Notes under the pieces: model-generated
Told to the model about the DNA's origin: nothing
The model's input: the letters and a program-made list of their open reading frames with translations, nothing else
Databases searched by the model: none
Source of the DNA: Bacteroidota bacterium
GTDB taxonomy: Bacteria > Bacteroidota > Bacteroidia > Bacteroidales > JAIOZK01
Length of the DNA: 64,000 nt
Reading direction: 5' to 3'
Assembly (NCBI GenBank): GCA_034521425.1
Contig: JAXHMP010000001.1
Coordinates: 2,569,737 to 2,633,736 of the forward strand
In this document: positions 50,100 to 59,574 of the stretch, one piece after another
Position numbering within the stretch: position 1 is the stretch's first letter
Layout of the letters: each line of letters starts with the position of its first letter
Made by a program: the position numbers and the translations under genes

Positions 50100-53000
50100 C
50101 TACCTCACCAACACAAAGCTCCCAGTCCTCAACTCCTCTGTCCTTTGCTCCCCGGTCCCGATGTATTCATAAACAATCCGGTAAACATAAGCACCCTGCG
50201 GGCTGTCTTTACCCTTCACTTTTCCGTTCCAGCCTTGGAGAGGATCTTTGCTCTGGTAGATGAGTTGTCCCCAGCGGTTGTAAATTTCCATGCTGAATTT
50301 TGGGATGTAGCTGGAATAAAGCACAACCCTGAATTCGTCATTCATGCCATCGCCATTGGGGGAGAATGCATTGGGGATGTAGAGTTTAAGATAGATGTTT
50401 AAAGCATAAACCGAGTCGATGGAAGTGCAGCCCTGCGGGCTTGTCAGTTCCACCTTGTACCAGCCTTCCTGGGTGATGTGGATGCTTTGGGTAGTGTCGC
50501 CGGTGCTCCATTGGTAATGCTGCTGGCCGGGGCCGGCATCCAGTTGGAGGTGTTCTGAAAAGGGAATGGTGTCCTGGCCGGCGAAGCCTGGCTGTGGCAG
50601 AGGATTCACGATCAGTTCGGTTTCTGCCGTGGCTGTGCAGCCGACAGCATCGGTGGCCGTTACCGTATATAGTCCGGCATCTTCTATGCTGGCTGTCTCC
50701 AGCAGTATCATGCCTCCTTCCTGGTGATCACCCGAGGGGCTTGTCCATTCATAATTGATGTTACCATTGCCCCCGCTTGCATTTGACAAAATGATCACAA
50801 ATTCATCTCCCTCACAGGCCGGTTGTGTAAAAGCAGTAAGCTCCAGATCATTATAAACCCTTACTTGTCCAACTTGAAAAGAATCAGGTAAAAGATTGCC
50901 TTCTGCATCTTTAAACCAACTTGTGCCTTCCTGCCCGTCCCATGATACCTGGCTCAGACCGGTGCTTTCGGCTGTAAAAACCAGGTCGGCCACCACCGAG
51001 GCATCAGGAAGATTTTTCGCTTCCCCGCTCCAATGCAATTGCACTTTGGCCCCGGCAGGGAACAATTGCACATCCAGGTTGGATTCCAACTGGGCATGGG
51101 CATTGGAAAAGCCAGTGCATTCCAGCAGGCTGTCGTTGAAATACAGGGTCATTTGAAATTCGGCTACATCTTCAAAATTATGGACTGTCAGGGGTACGAA
51201 GGCTGAATTGCCCGGGCAGGCTTCATCTTCCCCGGCCACGGCTTCCAGCTTGATGGTGAATATCTCCGGGACTTCTACCGTGATGCTTGTCTGGCAACCA
51301 TATTTGTCCTGTATGTTTAGTTTGTAAAATCCTGCTGCAAGATTGGTGAATGCGCTGTCGTTGAGCTGCCAGCCTGTGAGGCCTTCTATCTGATAGTACA
51401 AAGTATCATAAGTTCCTACTATATCTATGGTGATGCTCCCATTGGCCTGTCCGTCGGTTGCAGGACTGATGAGGGTGTCTTCCACCTGCGGGGCCTGTTC
51501 ATTGATTAGTTCTACCGGGTTGCCGCTCCAGGCCGATTCGCAGCCTGCCGTGTCCTGAACGCGGATGGCATAGCTGCCGGCTGAAAGGTTATTAAAAACT
51601 CCTTCATTGTCAAAGTAGTTGTTTCCATTGTCGATGGAATAGATAAACTGATCGGTATAAGCTGAATGGGCTGATATCTGTATGCTGCCATCCTGCTGAT
51701 CGCAATGCTCATTAATGGCTATAACCTGGGTAATATTGATATCTCCCCCGTCTTCTATGGTAAAAGGGCCGAAGGGCCACTGGCAGGTGTTGGTATCTGT
51801 AACAAAAAGTGTGTAATTGCCCACGGGCAGGTTGTACAGGTTGAGGGTGGTATCCAGGGGGTTGCCGGCATCATCGGTCCAGAGGTAAGAAAAGGGGCCG
51901 TTGCCCAAAAACTGAAGGCCTTCGATAGAGCCGGTGCTGCCCCCGCAGCCCGTGGGTGTGATCACAAGATTGCTGCTGTCGATGGCCGGGCTTTCGCTGT
52001 ATCCGATATAAATGGAATCTGTGCTGCTGCACTGGGCCGTGTTTTTGATCTTTACCCAGTACCATCCGGTATCCGATACGATGATGGAGGTATCATGGCT
52101 TCCGGTATTCCAGGTATGATAGCCGGGACCGCCATTGGCTGTCAGGGTGACTTCTTCCCCGTAGCAAATTTCAAGGTCAGGGCCCAGGTCAGGCCAGGGG
52201 GCGTAAGTTACCTGCACCATGCGGCTGGTATGCTCAAAGCGGCCTGAAGGGTACCATACATCTACCGAAACTTCGTACTCGCCTCCATCTGAAAAAACAT
52301 GGGTAGGGTTGAGTTCATTGGAAATGTTGTTGGCTCCTGAAAGCGTATCCCCGAAATTCCACTCAATGCTGTCGGGCACAGGAAGGAAGTTATGCTGGAA
52401 AGTAAAGGGGGTTCCCTCGCAGTCGCCTTCGAAGAAAAAGCGGAGGTTGTAGTCCATGACGAGGTTGGGTAAACCGTAATGCGACTGTCCAGGTGAAACG
52501 TTAATGGCATCTGCATCATAATTACAATCAATTCCTTTTTTCCATGGATGGTTAATAACCCCAATGTAGTCCCAATTAAATGACCCACTACCAAGCATTT
52601 GAGAACAATATATTTTTCCATCTCTTGCCAATTGCAATGTATGCCCTCTGGGTTGTCCTATTAGTATCTTAGATGAACGAAATGCCGGAGGATCTTCAAT
52701 ATATTTCATTTCATATTGATAAATTTTGCAAGTAGGTTCACCAGTTACAGGATCATGTTCAGTGCTGGTCATATATACAAACCGAGCATCAGGAGAGAAC
52801 TCAATACCGGCAACAGATTCGATCATCAAGTCATGCAAAAATGTTAATTTGCCGCTGACAGCATCAAATTGATATACTTCCGTATCATCAAAACTATATG
52901 AACTTAAAATATACTCTTTATCAGGAGAAATTTTCATATATCCAAGGCACTTATCATCAACAGGGTCCGAAGGACTATATATTGCATTGGTATCAACCCC

Positions 53001-53567
53001 TTGCGATGTCACAAGAAAAGAATTCCAACCATTATTTATAAATTTTCTGGTAATTATCCAATAATCTTTATTATTTTGATGCTTTACGGCAAGCACTCTT
53101 GTACTTGCATCCCAGGCATCATTTAGTAGGATATTCTTTTTAAGAACAATTCCGTGCCCTGCATTATAGTTCATATCGACAAGACAGTAATATAATCCTA
53201 ATCCATCATCGGGATGACGAGTTGTTAAAAAAATATAATACAGATTGTCTGTTTCAGTGATGGGAACAATCACATTTCCTTGGAATGATGAATTACTGAT
53301 TAGGTCATATCCGTTATCCACCAGCACATGGTACGAATTATAAAGTTTTTTTCCATCCGTATACATAATAATATTCCCCAATGAATCAGATATTAGAGAA
53401 GAACATTGACCAAAAGTCTGGCCATCATATAAAACTTGCGGCGGATCATAATTAAAATCCAAACCGGCATAATTACTAAAACACCAAATATTAGCATGGT
53501 TTTCAATTTGTGCATTAAGTTGAAAACCTATTAATATGATTCCTATTAGAAAAACTGTTTTCGTCAT
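50100..53567 (-). CDS. Giant multidomain T9SS surface protein, copy A (type-B gliding-motility C-terminal sorting domain)
   Basis: 1155 aa with signal peptide (...FQLNAQIENH) and a ~370-aa N-terminal propeller-like domain (NIWCFSNYAGLDFNYDPPQVLYDG...). A PKD domain is present (WNFGDTLSGANNISNELNPTHVFSDGGEYEVSV), along with SprB-type repeats (TGCGGSTGSIEGL...YLWTDDAGNPL; NEHCDQQDGSIQI...) and a cohesin-like module (FVPLTVHNFEDVAEFQMTLYFNDSLLE). The C-terminus is IPNAFSPNGDGMNDEF...IYNRWGQLIY...GSFVLVR. Confidence 0.85.
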   Translation of the reverse strand: MTKTVFLIGIILIGFQLNAQIENHANIWCFSNYAGLDFNYDPPQVLYDGQTFGQCSSLISDSLGNIIMYTDGKKLYNSYHVLVDNGYDLISNSSFQGNVIVPITETDNLYYIFLTTRHPDDGLGLYYCLVDMNYNAGHGIVLKKNILLNDAWDASTRVLAVKHQNNKDYWIITRKFINNGWNSFLVTSQGVDTNAIYSPSDPVDDKCLGYMKISPDKEYILSSYSFDDTEVYQFDAVSGKLTFLHDLMIESVAGIEFSPDARFVYMTSTEHDPVTGEPTCKIYQYEMKYIEDPPAFRSSKILIGQPRGHTLQLARDGKIYCSQMLGSGSFNWDYIGVINHPWKKGIDCNYDADAINVSPGQSHYGLPNLVMDYNLRFFFEGDCEGTPFTFQHNFLPVPDSIEWNFGDTLSGANNISNELNPTHVFSDGGEYEVSVDVWYPSGRFEHTSRMVQVTYAPWPDLGPDLEICYGEEVTLTANGGPGYHTWNTGSHDTSIIVSDTGWYWVKIKNTAQCSSTDSIYIGYSESPAIDSSNLVITPTGCGGSTGSIEGLQFLGNGPFSYLWTDDAGNPLDTTLNLYNLPVGNYTLFVTDTNTCQWPFGPFTIEDGGDINITQVIAINEHCDQQDGSIQISAHSAYTDQFIYSIDNGNNYFDNEGVFNNLSAGSYAIRVQDTAGCESAWSGNPVELINEQAPQVEDTLISPATDGQANGSITIDIVGTYDTLYYQIEGLTGWQLNDSAFTNLAAGFYKLNIQDKYGCQTSITVEVPEIFTIKLEAVAGEDEACPGNSAFVPLTVHNFEDVAEFQMTLYFNDSLLECTGFSNAHAQLESNLDVQLFPAGAKVQLHWSGEAKNLPDASVVADLVFTAESTGLSQVSWDGQEGTSWFKDAEGNLLPDSFQVGQVRVYNDLELTAFTQPACEGDEFVIILSNASGGNGNINYEWTSPSGDHQEGGMILLETASIEDAGLYTVTATDAVGCTATAETELIVNPLPQPGFAGQDTIPFSEHLQLDAGPGQQHYQWSTGDTTQSIHITQEGWYKVELTSPQGCTSIDSVYALNIYLKLYIPNAFSPNGDGMNDEFRVVLYSSYIPKFSMEIYNRWGQLIYQSKDPLQGWNGKVKGKDSPQGAYVYRIVYEYIGTGEQRTEELRTGSFVLVR

Positions 53568-53614
53568 AAAAAAAAGTGAAGCAGAAATATATTTTCCTGC
53601 ATCACACTATATTG

Positions 53615-54028
53615 TCAATTTAAAACGACTGTTTGACTGAATGGCCAACTACCGCCAACTAATTCCTGTCCAGTAACGGTTTCACTATCATTACCAGAGC
53701 AACATGTTCCACCATTATCCTTGTAGGTCATATAAACATATATCCTATAGCAATCTTCATCACAATTGGTTCTAATATTCGCGTTTCCTGCATAAGTATA
53801 TGGCTGGGTTGAACTGATGTTGTATACAGCATTGTTATCAACAATTTGCTGTGTAATAAGGTCATATACTACAATTGTGATATCAATCTGTACAGGATCT
53901 GTACAGGAACAATTTGCATCATTCCAGTAAATATTATTTACCCAATAATCAGTTTGGGAAAAAGTTTTGTTTATCCCGGTAAAAACAAAAAGCATCGTAA
54001 TGCTAAAAATAATTGTTAATTTTCTCAT
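53615..54028 (-). CDS. Small secreted 6-Cys protein, copy A (unknown family)
   Basis: The likely start is ATG 54028 (MRKLTIIFSITMLFVFTGINKTFSQTDYW...). It has a signal peptide and a ~110-aa mature part with CSC, CDEDC and CC. It lies 47 nt upstream of large gene A on the same strand, and paralogues sit upstream of copies B and C. Confidence 0.65.
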   Translation of the reverse strand: MRKLTIIFSITMLFVFTGINKTFSQTDYWVNNIYWNDANCSCTDPVQIDITIVVYDLITQQIVDNNAVYNISSTQPYTYAGNANIRTNCDEDCYRIYVYMTYKDNGGTCCSGNDSETVTGQELVGGSWPFSQTVVLN

Positions 54029-54376
54029 CTGTTTAAAAGTTTTTAAAGTTAATAATTTAACCACCTTTTTGCAAGCGGTTTTTTTGAATAAAAGGATTTC
54101 ATGGTGCAGCGCATATTGCAAAGCATAGAGCGGGCAGGGCGGTTTTGCGTTTGCTTATTAATTCACTTGCCGTACCTCCTTTTGCTTGATTGGATATATT
54201 TCGAGCAAAGAAATAAGCTGTTAATGGAAGAAAGGAAAAAATGAAAGAGAAGGAATAATGAAGTAAATATTGGTTTGGTGAGGTGTTTAGAGACTGGATA
54301 CTCTCTCTCTCTAAAAATCCGGTGATTTTGTGTTTCGGCATTGGGTTTGTTTTCTGATTGTTAATTCCTAAAATGT
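54029..54376 (-). other. Conserved non-coding inter-unit spacer (unit A); equivalents at 58812-59063 and 63498-63850
   Basis: It is nearly identical to 63498-63850. The 4HB-proximal ~90 nt is shared by all three units, including a (CT)6 tract (54301-54312) and a G-poor C/A-rich stretch on the minus strand. The ORFs called here change frame between copies. Confidence 0.55.
54059..54085 (-). other. Conserved hairpin in the spacer, unit A
   Basis: 54059-54064 pairs with 54075-54080. On the minus-strand RNA AACCGC pairs with GGUGGUU through a G-U. On the + strand the same position would be an A-C mismatch. A T-run lies on the + strand side. Confidence 0.35.
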
Positions 54377-54790
54377 TCAAAAGGTAACCCAGTTAATTGA
54401 TTTTCGATTGTCGATTTTCGATTGTCGATTTTTTCGGGCCGACATCACTGTTTTATGGAATATGGCAACCAGCTGATTGGATTCATCCAGAAGATGTGCC
54501 ATTAACTCCTTGTCAGCCTTTAACTTTGATTTCGAAATTATCGTATTATTTATATGCGTTTCTCTCAATTCTTTGAGAACAACGCTTGTTTTATGGATAA
54601 AATCATTCCTGGATTCCGCTCCCTGAACTTCACCATAATTAAGTGCCGCACTTGTGGATGACCTGATGATCTGGTTGGCCATGTGTTTGTCAACAAACTC
54701 ATTTCCCATTGACTTGCTTAGATTAATCACTTCAACCGAAAAGTCAATTATGCGGTTTTCAATTTCTTTTCTCATTGGACTTTTATCCAC
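54377..54790 (-). CDS. Four-helix-bundle protein, copy 2
   Basis: 137 aa, ~90% identical by eye to copy 1 (MDKSPMRKEIENRIIDFSVEVINLSKSMGNEFVDKHMANQIIRSSTSAALNYGEVQGAESRNDFIHK...). Confidence 0.8.
   Translation of the reverse strand: MDKSPMRKEIENRIIDFSVEVINLSKSMGNEFVDKHMANQIIRSSTSAALNYGEVQGAESRNDFIHKTSVVLKELRETHINNTIISKSKLKADKELMAHLLDESNQLVAIFHKTVMSARKNRQSKIDNRKSINWVTF
54399..54433. repeat. Heptamer array, low arm of 4HB cassette 2
   Basis: GATTTTC GATTGTC GATTTTC GATTGTC GATTTTT. Confidence 0.85.
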
Positions 54791-54844
54791 TTAATACCTT
54801 TCAAGCGATAAATGTCCCACCTTGCAGCCCATTTTTTTCAAATC

Positions 54845-54879
54845 GAAAATCGAAAATCGACCATCGAAGATCGACAATC
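54845..54879. repeat. Heptamer array, high arm of 4HB cassette 2
   Basis: GAAAATC GAAAATC GACCATC GAAGATC GACAATC. It abuts the stop codon 54880-54882 of large gene B. Confidence 0.85.
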
Positions 54880-57800
54880 TTACCTAATCAACACAATGCT
54901 CCCAGTCCTCACCTCCTCAATCCTTTGCTCCCCGGCACCGATGTATTCGTAAACGATCCGGTAAACATAAGCGCCCTGCGGACTATCTTTGCCTTTTGTT
55001 TTTCCGTTCCAGCCTTGGAGAGGATCTTTGCTTTGGTAGATAAGTTGTCCCCAGCGGTTGTAAATTTCCATACTGAAGCTTGGGATATAGCTGGAATAAA
55101 GTACCACTTTGAACTGCTCGTTCATGCCATCGCCGTTGGGGGAAAAAGCATTGGGGATGTATATTTTCAGATAAATATTCAAAACATAAACCGAGTCGAT
55201 GGAGGTGCAGCCCTGCGGGCTTGTCAGTTCCACTTTGTACCAGCCTTCTTCTGTGATGTGGATGCTTTGGGTGGAGTCGCCGGTGCTCCATTGGTAATGC
55301 TGCTGGCCGGGACCGGCATCCAGGTGGAGGTATTCTGAGAAGGGGATGGTGTCCTTTTCTTCAAAACCTGCCTGTGGCAGGGGGTTCACGATCAGTTCAG
55401 TTTCTGCCGTAGCTGTGCAGCCGACAGCATCCGTGGCCGTTACCGTATAAATTCCGGCATCACTCAGTGTAACTTCCATCAATACCACGTTCTCACCATA
55501 TTCATGATCTCCCGAAGGTTTTGTCCAATCGTAGTTAATCGCTCCGTTTCCTCCGGTGGCAATAGAAGCGATCACTACAAATTCCTGATTTTCACATACG
55601 GTTGGACTGATGGTCGTTAGCTCTATATCATTGTAAACCCTCACCTGTCCTATCTGAAAGGAATCTGGCAAATTATTACCTTCTGCATCTTTAAACCAGC
55701 TTGCGCCTTCCTGCCCGTCCCATTCCACCTGGCTCAGGCCGGTGTTTTCGGCTGTGAAGACCAGGTCGGCTACCGCGGCTGCATCAGGCAGGCTTTGCGC
55801 TCCCCCACTCCAATGCAATTGCACTTTGGCCTCGGCAGGGAACAATTGCACATCCAGGTTGGATTCCAATTGGGCATGGGCATTGGAAAAGCCAGTGCAT
55901 TCCAGCAGGCTGTCGTTGAAGTACAGCGTCATTTGAAATTCGGCCACATCTTCAAAATTGTGAACTGTCAGGGGCACAAAGGCCGAATTGCCCGGACAGG
56001 CTTCATCTTCTCCTGCCACGGCTTCCAGCCTGATGGTGAATATCTCCGGAACTTCTATCGTAAGGGTGGTCTGGCAGCCATATTTGTCCTGTATGTTTAG
56101 CGTGTAAAATCCTGCTGCAAGATTGGTGAATGTGCTGTCGTTGAGCTGCCAGCCTGTGAGGCCTTCTATCTGATAGTACAAAGTATCATAAGTTCCTACT
56201 ATATCCATGGTGATGCTCCCATTGGCCTGTCCGTCGGTTGCAGGACTGATGAGGGTGTCTTCCACCTGCGGGGCCTGTTCATTGACCAGCTCCACCGGGT
56301 TGCCGCTCCAGGCCGACTCGCAGCCTGATGTGTCCTGCACGCGGATGGCATAGCCTCCTGCTGACAAATGTGCAAAAAGTCCTGCATTGTCAAAGTAGTT
56401 GTTTCCATTGTCGATGGAATAGATAAACTGATCGGTATAGGCCGATTGGGCAGAAATTTCTATGCGGCCGTCCTGTTGACCGCAATGCTCGTTGATGGCG
56501 ATCACTTGTGAAATATTGATATCTCCCCCGTCTCCGATGTTAAAAGGGCCCATAAGGCCACTGGCAGGCATTGGTATCGGTAACAAAAAGGGTATAGTTG
56601 CCCACGGGCAGGTTGTACAGGTTGAGGGTGGTATCCAGGGGATTGCCGGCATCATCGGTCCAGAGGTAGGAAAAGGGGCCGTTGCCCGAAAACTGAAGGC
56701 CTTCGATGGAGCCGGTGCTGCCCCCGCAGCCAGTGGGTGTGATCACAAGATTGCTGCTGTCGATGGCCGGGCTTTCGCTGTAGCCGATATATATGGAATC
56801 GGTGCTTGTGCACTGGGCCGTGTTTTTGATCTTCACCCAGTACCAGCCGGTATCAGAAACGATGATGGAAGTATCATGGCTGCCGGTATTCCAGGTGTGG
56901 TAGCCGGGGCCGCCATTGGCCGTCAGGGTGACTTCTTCCCCGTAGCAAATTTCCAGGTCCGGGCCCAGGTCGGGCCAGGGAGCATAGGTAACCTGCAGCA
57001 TGCGGCTGGTGTGCTCGAAGCGCCCTGAGGGGTACCATACATCCACCGAAACCTCGTATTCGCCTCCATCTGAAAAAACATGGGTAGGGTTGAGTTGGTT
57101 GGAAATGTTGTTGGCTCCCGATAGCGTATCCCCAAAGTTCCATTCTATGCTGTCGGGCACCGGAAGGAAATTATGCTGAAAAGTGAAAGGTATTCCTTCG
57201 CAATCGCCTTCGAAGAAGAAGCGGAGGTTGTAGTCCATGACAACGTTGGGTAATCCGTAAAGTGACTGACCTGGTGAAACATCAATGGCATCTGCTATAT
57301 AGTTGCAAGCATTTCCCCTTAGCCAGGGATTACTTATTACACCAAGGTAATCCCAATCATAGTTTTCATAAGTATCTGAACAATAAATCTTGCCATCTCG
57401 TGCCAATTGCAGTACAAATCCCCTGGGTTGCCCAATGATCATTTTTGAGGATCTGAACAAGGAAGGATCTTCTATATATTTCATTTCATATTGGCTAATC
57501 TTGTACTGGTATTCCCCACTAATTGAATCCAGGGTTAATTTTGTCATATAAGCATATTTGGAATCTGGTGAGAACTCAATTCCTCCTATGGTTTCCATTA
57601 ATAGGGTATGCAAAAAAGTTGCCTTTCCTGTTGCAGCATCAAAGCGGTATACTTCGGTATCACCAAACTGATAAGAACTTATTATGTATTTCTTATCATA
57701 TGAAATTTTCATAAAACCAAAATAGTTGCATTGAGCTGGAAGAGTTTGTGCCTCGCTGAGAACTGCATTGGGTTCCAACCCAGCAGGTGTGACTAAAAAA

Positions 57801-58345
57801 GCAGCTATTTCATTGGTAATAAACTTTCGGGTAAGTACCCAATAGTCACGACCATTCTGATGCTTTACAGCTAATACGCGTGTGCTGGCATCCCAGGCAT
57901 CATTAAGAAGTATATTCTTTTCGATTATTTTTCCCTGCCCCGAATTATAGCTCATATCAACTAAGCTATAGTAAAATCCAAGTCCTTCATCAGGATGCCT
58001 TGTCGCCGAAAAAACATAATATAAATCATTATTATCAGGAAATGGTATGATCACGTTGCCCTGCCAAGATGGATTCCAAAGCAGATCACCATTTTCTATG
58101 ATATCATGCTCCGAATTGAAAGCATGCTTACCGTCAGTATACAATATGATATTCCCTTGATTATTTGAAATAAGTCCAGTTCCCTCTTCGAACGTTTTGC
58201 CATCGTACAATACAATGGGAGGATCAACATTAAAATCCAAACCAGCATGATGGCTAAAGTACCATATGTTGGCTCGGTTTTCAATTTGAGACCAAGTAAT
58301 ATTAAAACAGAAAAAAAATGTAAGTATGAAAAAAAATTTATTCAT
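54880..58345 (-). pseudogene. Giant type-B-CTD T9SS surface protein, copy B, split by a 1-nt indel
   Basis: ORFs 56540-58345 (N-terminal 601 aa) and 54880-56655 (C-terminal 591 aa) are collinear with copies A and C. Near 56546-56553 copy B reads GGGCCCATAAGG where copy C reads GGGCCGTAAGG, one extra base, which gives ...ACQWPYGPF-stop instead of ...GPFNIGDGGDIN... Confidence 0.8.
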
Positions 58346-58394
58346 TTATAAAAATAAAAAATGGAGTAACATTCAAAATGCTACTCCTTAATCT

Positions 58395-58811
58395 TTAGTT
58401 TAAAACTATCTCATTAGGAAATGCATACGAACCACCAACTAAGGTCTCACCGGATACATTATCACTACTGTACCCTGAACAACATGTTCCACTTGAATCT
58501 TTTATCCTAACATACACCACGACAGTGTAGCAAGGGTCTCCACAATCGAGCCCAATGTTATCAGTGGTGTTTGTATAGCTATATGGTTCGCTTACATCCA
58601 ACTGCCAACCTGAGTCACTTACCAGAGATTGATCAGAGATCTTAATTATGACAATACGAACATCATAACGAATTGGCTCAGCACAACTACAGTTTGATTC
58701 ATCCCACTCAATCCCTCCAACATAATAACCTGAAGGTGGTGGAGCTGTTTCACTAAATCCCACCAAAACAAAAAGCATCAAAATGCTTACAATAATTCCT
58801 AATTTTTTCAT
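58395..58811 (-). CDS. Small secreted 6-Cys protein, copy B
   Basis: ATG 58811 (MKKLGIIVSILMLFVLVGFSETAPPPSGYYVGGIEWDESNCSCAEP...CGDPCYTVVVYVRIKDSSGTCCSG...LVGGSYAFPNEIVLN). It is the most diverged of the three. Confidence 0.65.
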   Translation of the reverse strand: MKKLGIIVSILMLFVLVGFSETAPPPSGYYVGGIEWDESNCSCAEPIRYDVRIVIIKISDQSLVSDSGWQLDVSEPYSYTNTTDNIGLDCGDPCYTVVVYVRIKDSSGTCCSGYSSDNVSGETLVGGSYAFPNEIVLN

Positions 58812-59063
58812 AACTAATTGGTTTTTCAAAATTAATAAATTAACACATAAATTTCAAGTGTTTCCTTTTGCATGGCAAGTGGCAGGGAAAATTCAAATGC
58901 TGTTTTACTAAGGAGGCGAATACTCCCACTGTGAAAGTAACCAGGAAGAATACTCCAGATAATTTAGGATGCTAAAAGAGCGAATACTCTCTCTCTCTAC
59001 AAATCCGGTGATTTTGTGATTCGGCATTTGGTTTGTTTTCTGATTGTTAATTCCGGAAATGTT

Positions 59064-59484
59064 CAAAAGGTAACCCAGTTAATTGATTGTCGATTGTCGA
59101 TGGCCGATTTTCGATTTTCGATTTTTTCGGGCCGACATCACTGTTTTCTGGAATATGGCAACCAGCTGATTGGATTCATCCAGAAGATGCTCCATTAATT
59201 TTTTATCAGACTGTTAACTTTGATCGGGAAATAATAGTAAGGTTTACATGGGTTTCTTTCAATTCTTTGAGTACAACACTTATTTTATGGGTAAAATCAT
59301 TCCTGGATTCCGCTCCCTGTGCCTCACCATAATTAAGTGCCGCACTTGTGGATGACCTGATGATCTGGTTGGCCATGTGTTTGTCAACAAACTCATTTCC
59401 CATTGACTTGCTTAGATTAATTACTTCAACCGAAAAGCCAATTAAGCGGTTTTCAATTTCTTTTCTCATTGGACGTTTATCCAC
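59064..59484 (-). pseudogene. Four-helix-bundle protein, copy 3, frameshifted
   Basis: The track ORF 59206-59484 stops at ...SRSKLTV. The remainder (KKLMEHLLDESNQLVAIFQKTV...) continues in another frame. There is one extra base at the T6 run 59199-59204; copy 1 has T5. Confidence 0.7.
59086..59127. repeat. Heptamer array, low arm of 4HB cassette 3
   Basis: GATTGTC GATTGTC GATGGCC GATTTTC GATTTTC GATTTTT. Confidence 0.85.
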
Positions 59485-59539
59485 TTAATACCTTTCAAGC
59501 GATAAATGTCCCGTCCTGCATCCCATTTTTTACCAAATC

Positions 59540-59574
59540 GAAAATCGACCATCGAAAATCGACCATCGAAAATC
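59540..59574. repeat. Heptamer array, high arm of 4HB cassette 3
   Basis: GAAAATC GACCATC GAAAATC GACCATC GAAAATC. It abuts the stop codon 59575-59577 of large gene C. Confidence 0.85.

Noticed and set aside
51705-52247. Plus-strand ORFs conserved in all three cassette units (51705-52247, 56492-57028, 61180-61722; also 50896-51156, 55742-55936, 60437-60631).
   Set aside because: They are conserved only because they lie antisense to the near-identical large T9SS genes. The Gly/Ala-rich translations are typical of antisense frames.
54099-54380. ORFs inside the inter-unit spacers (54099-54380, 63630-63854, 63388-63588, and the N-terminal extension of 53615-54121).
   Set aside because: The same nucleotide sequence is in a different frame relative to the downstream gene in units A and C. 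It contains a (CT)6 tract, is largely absent from unit B, and shows no protein-like features.
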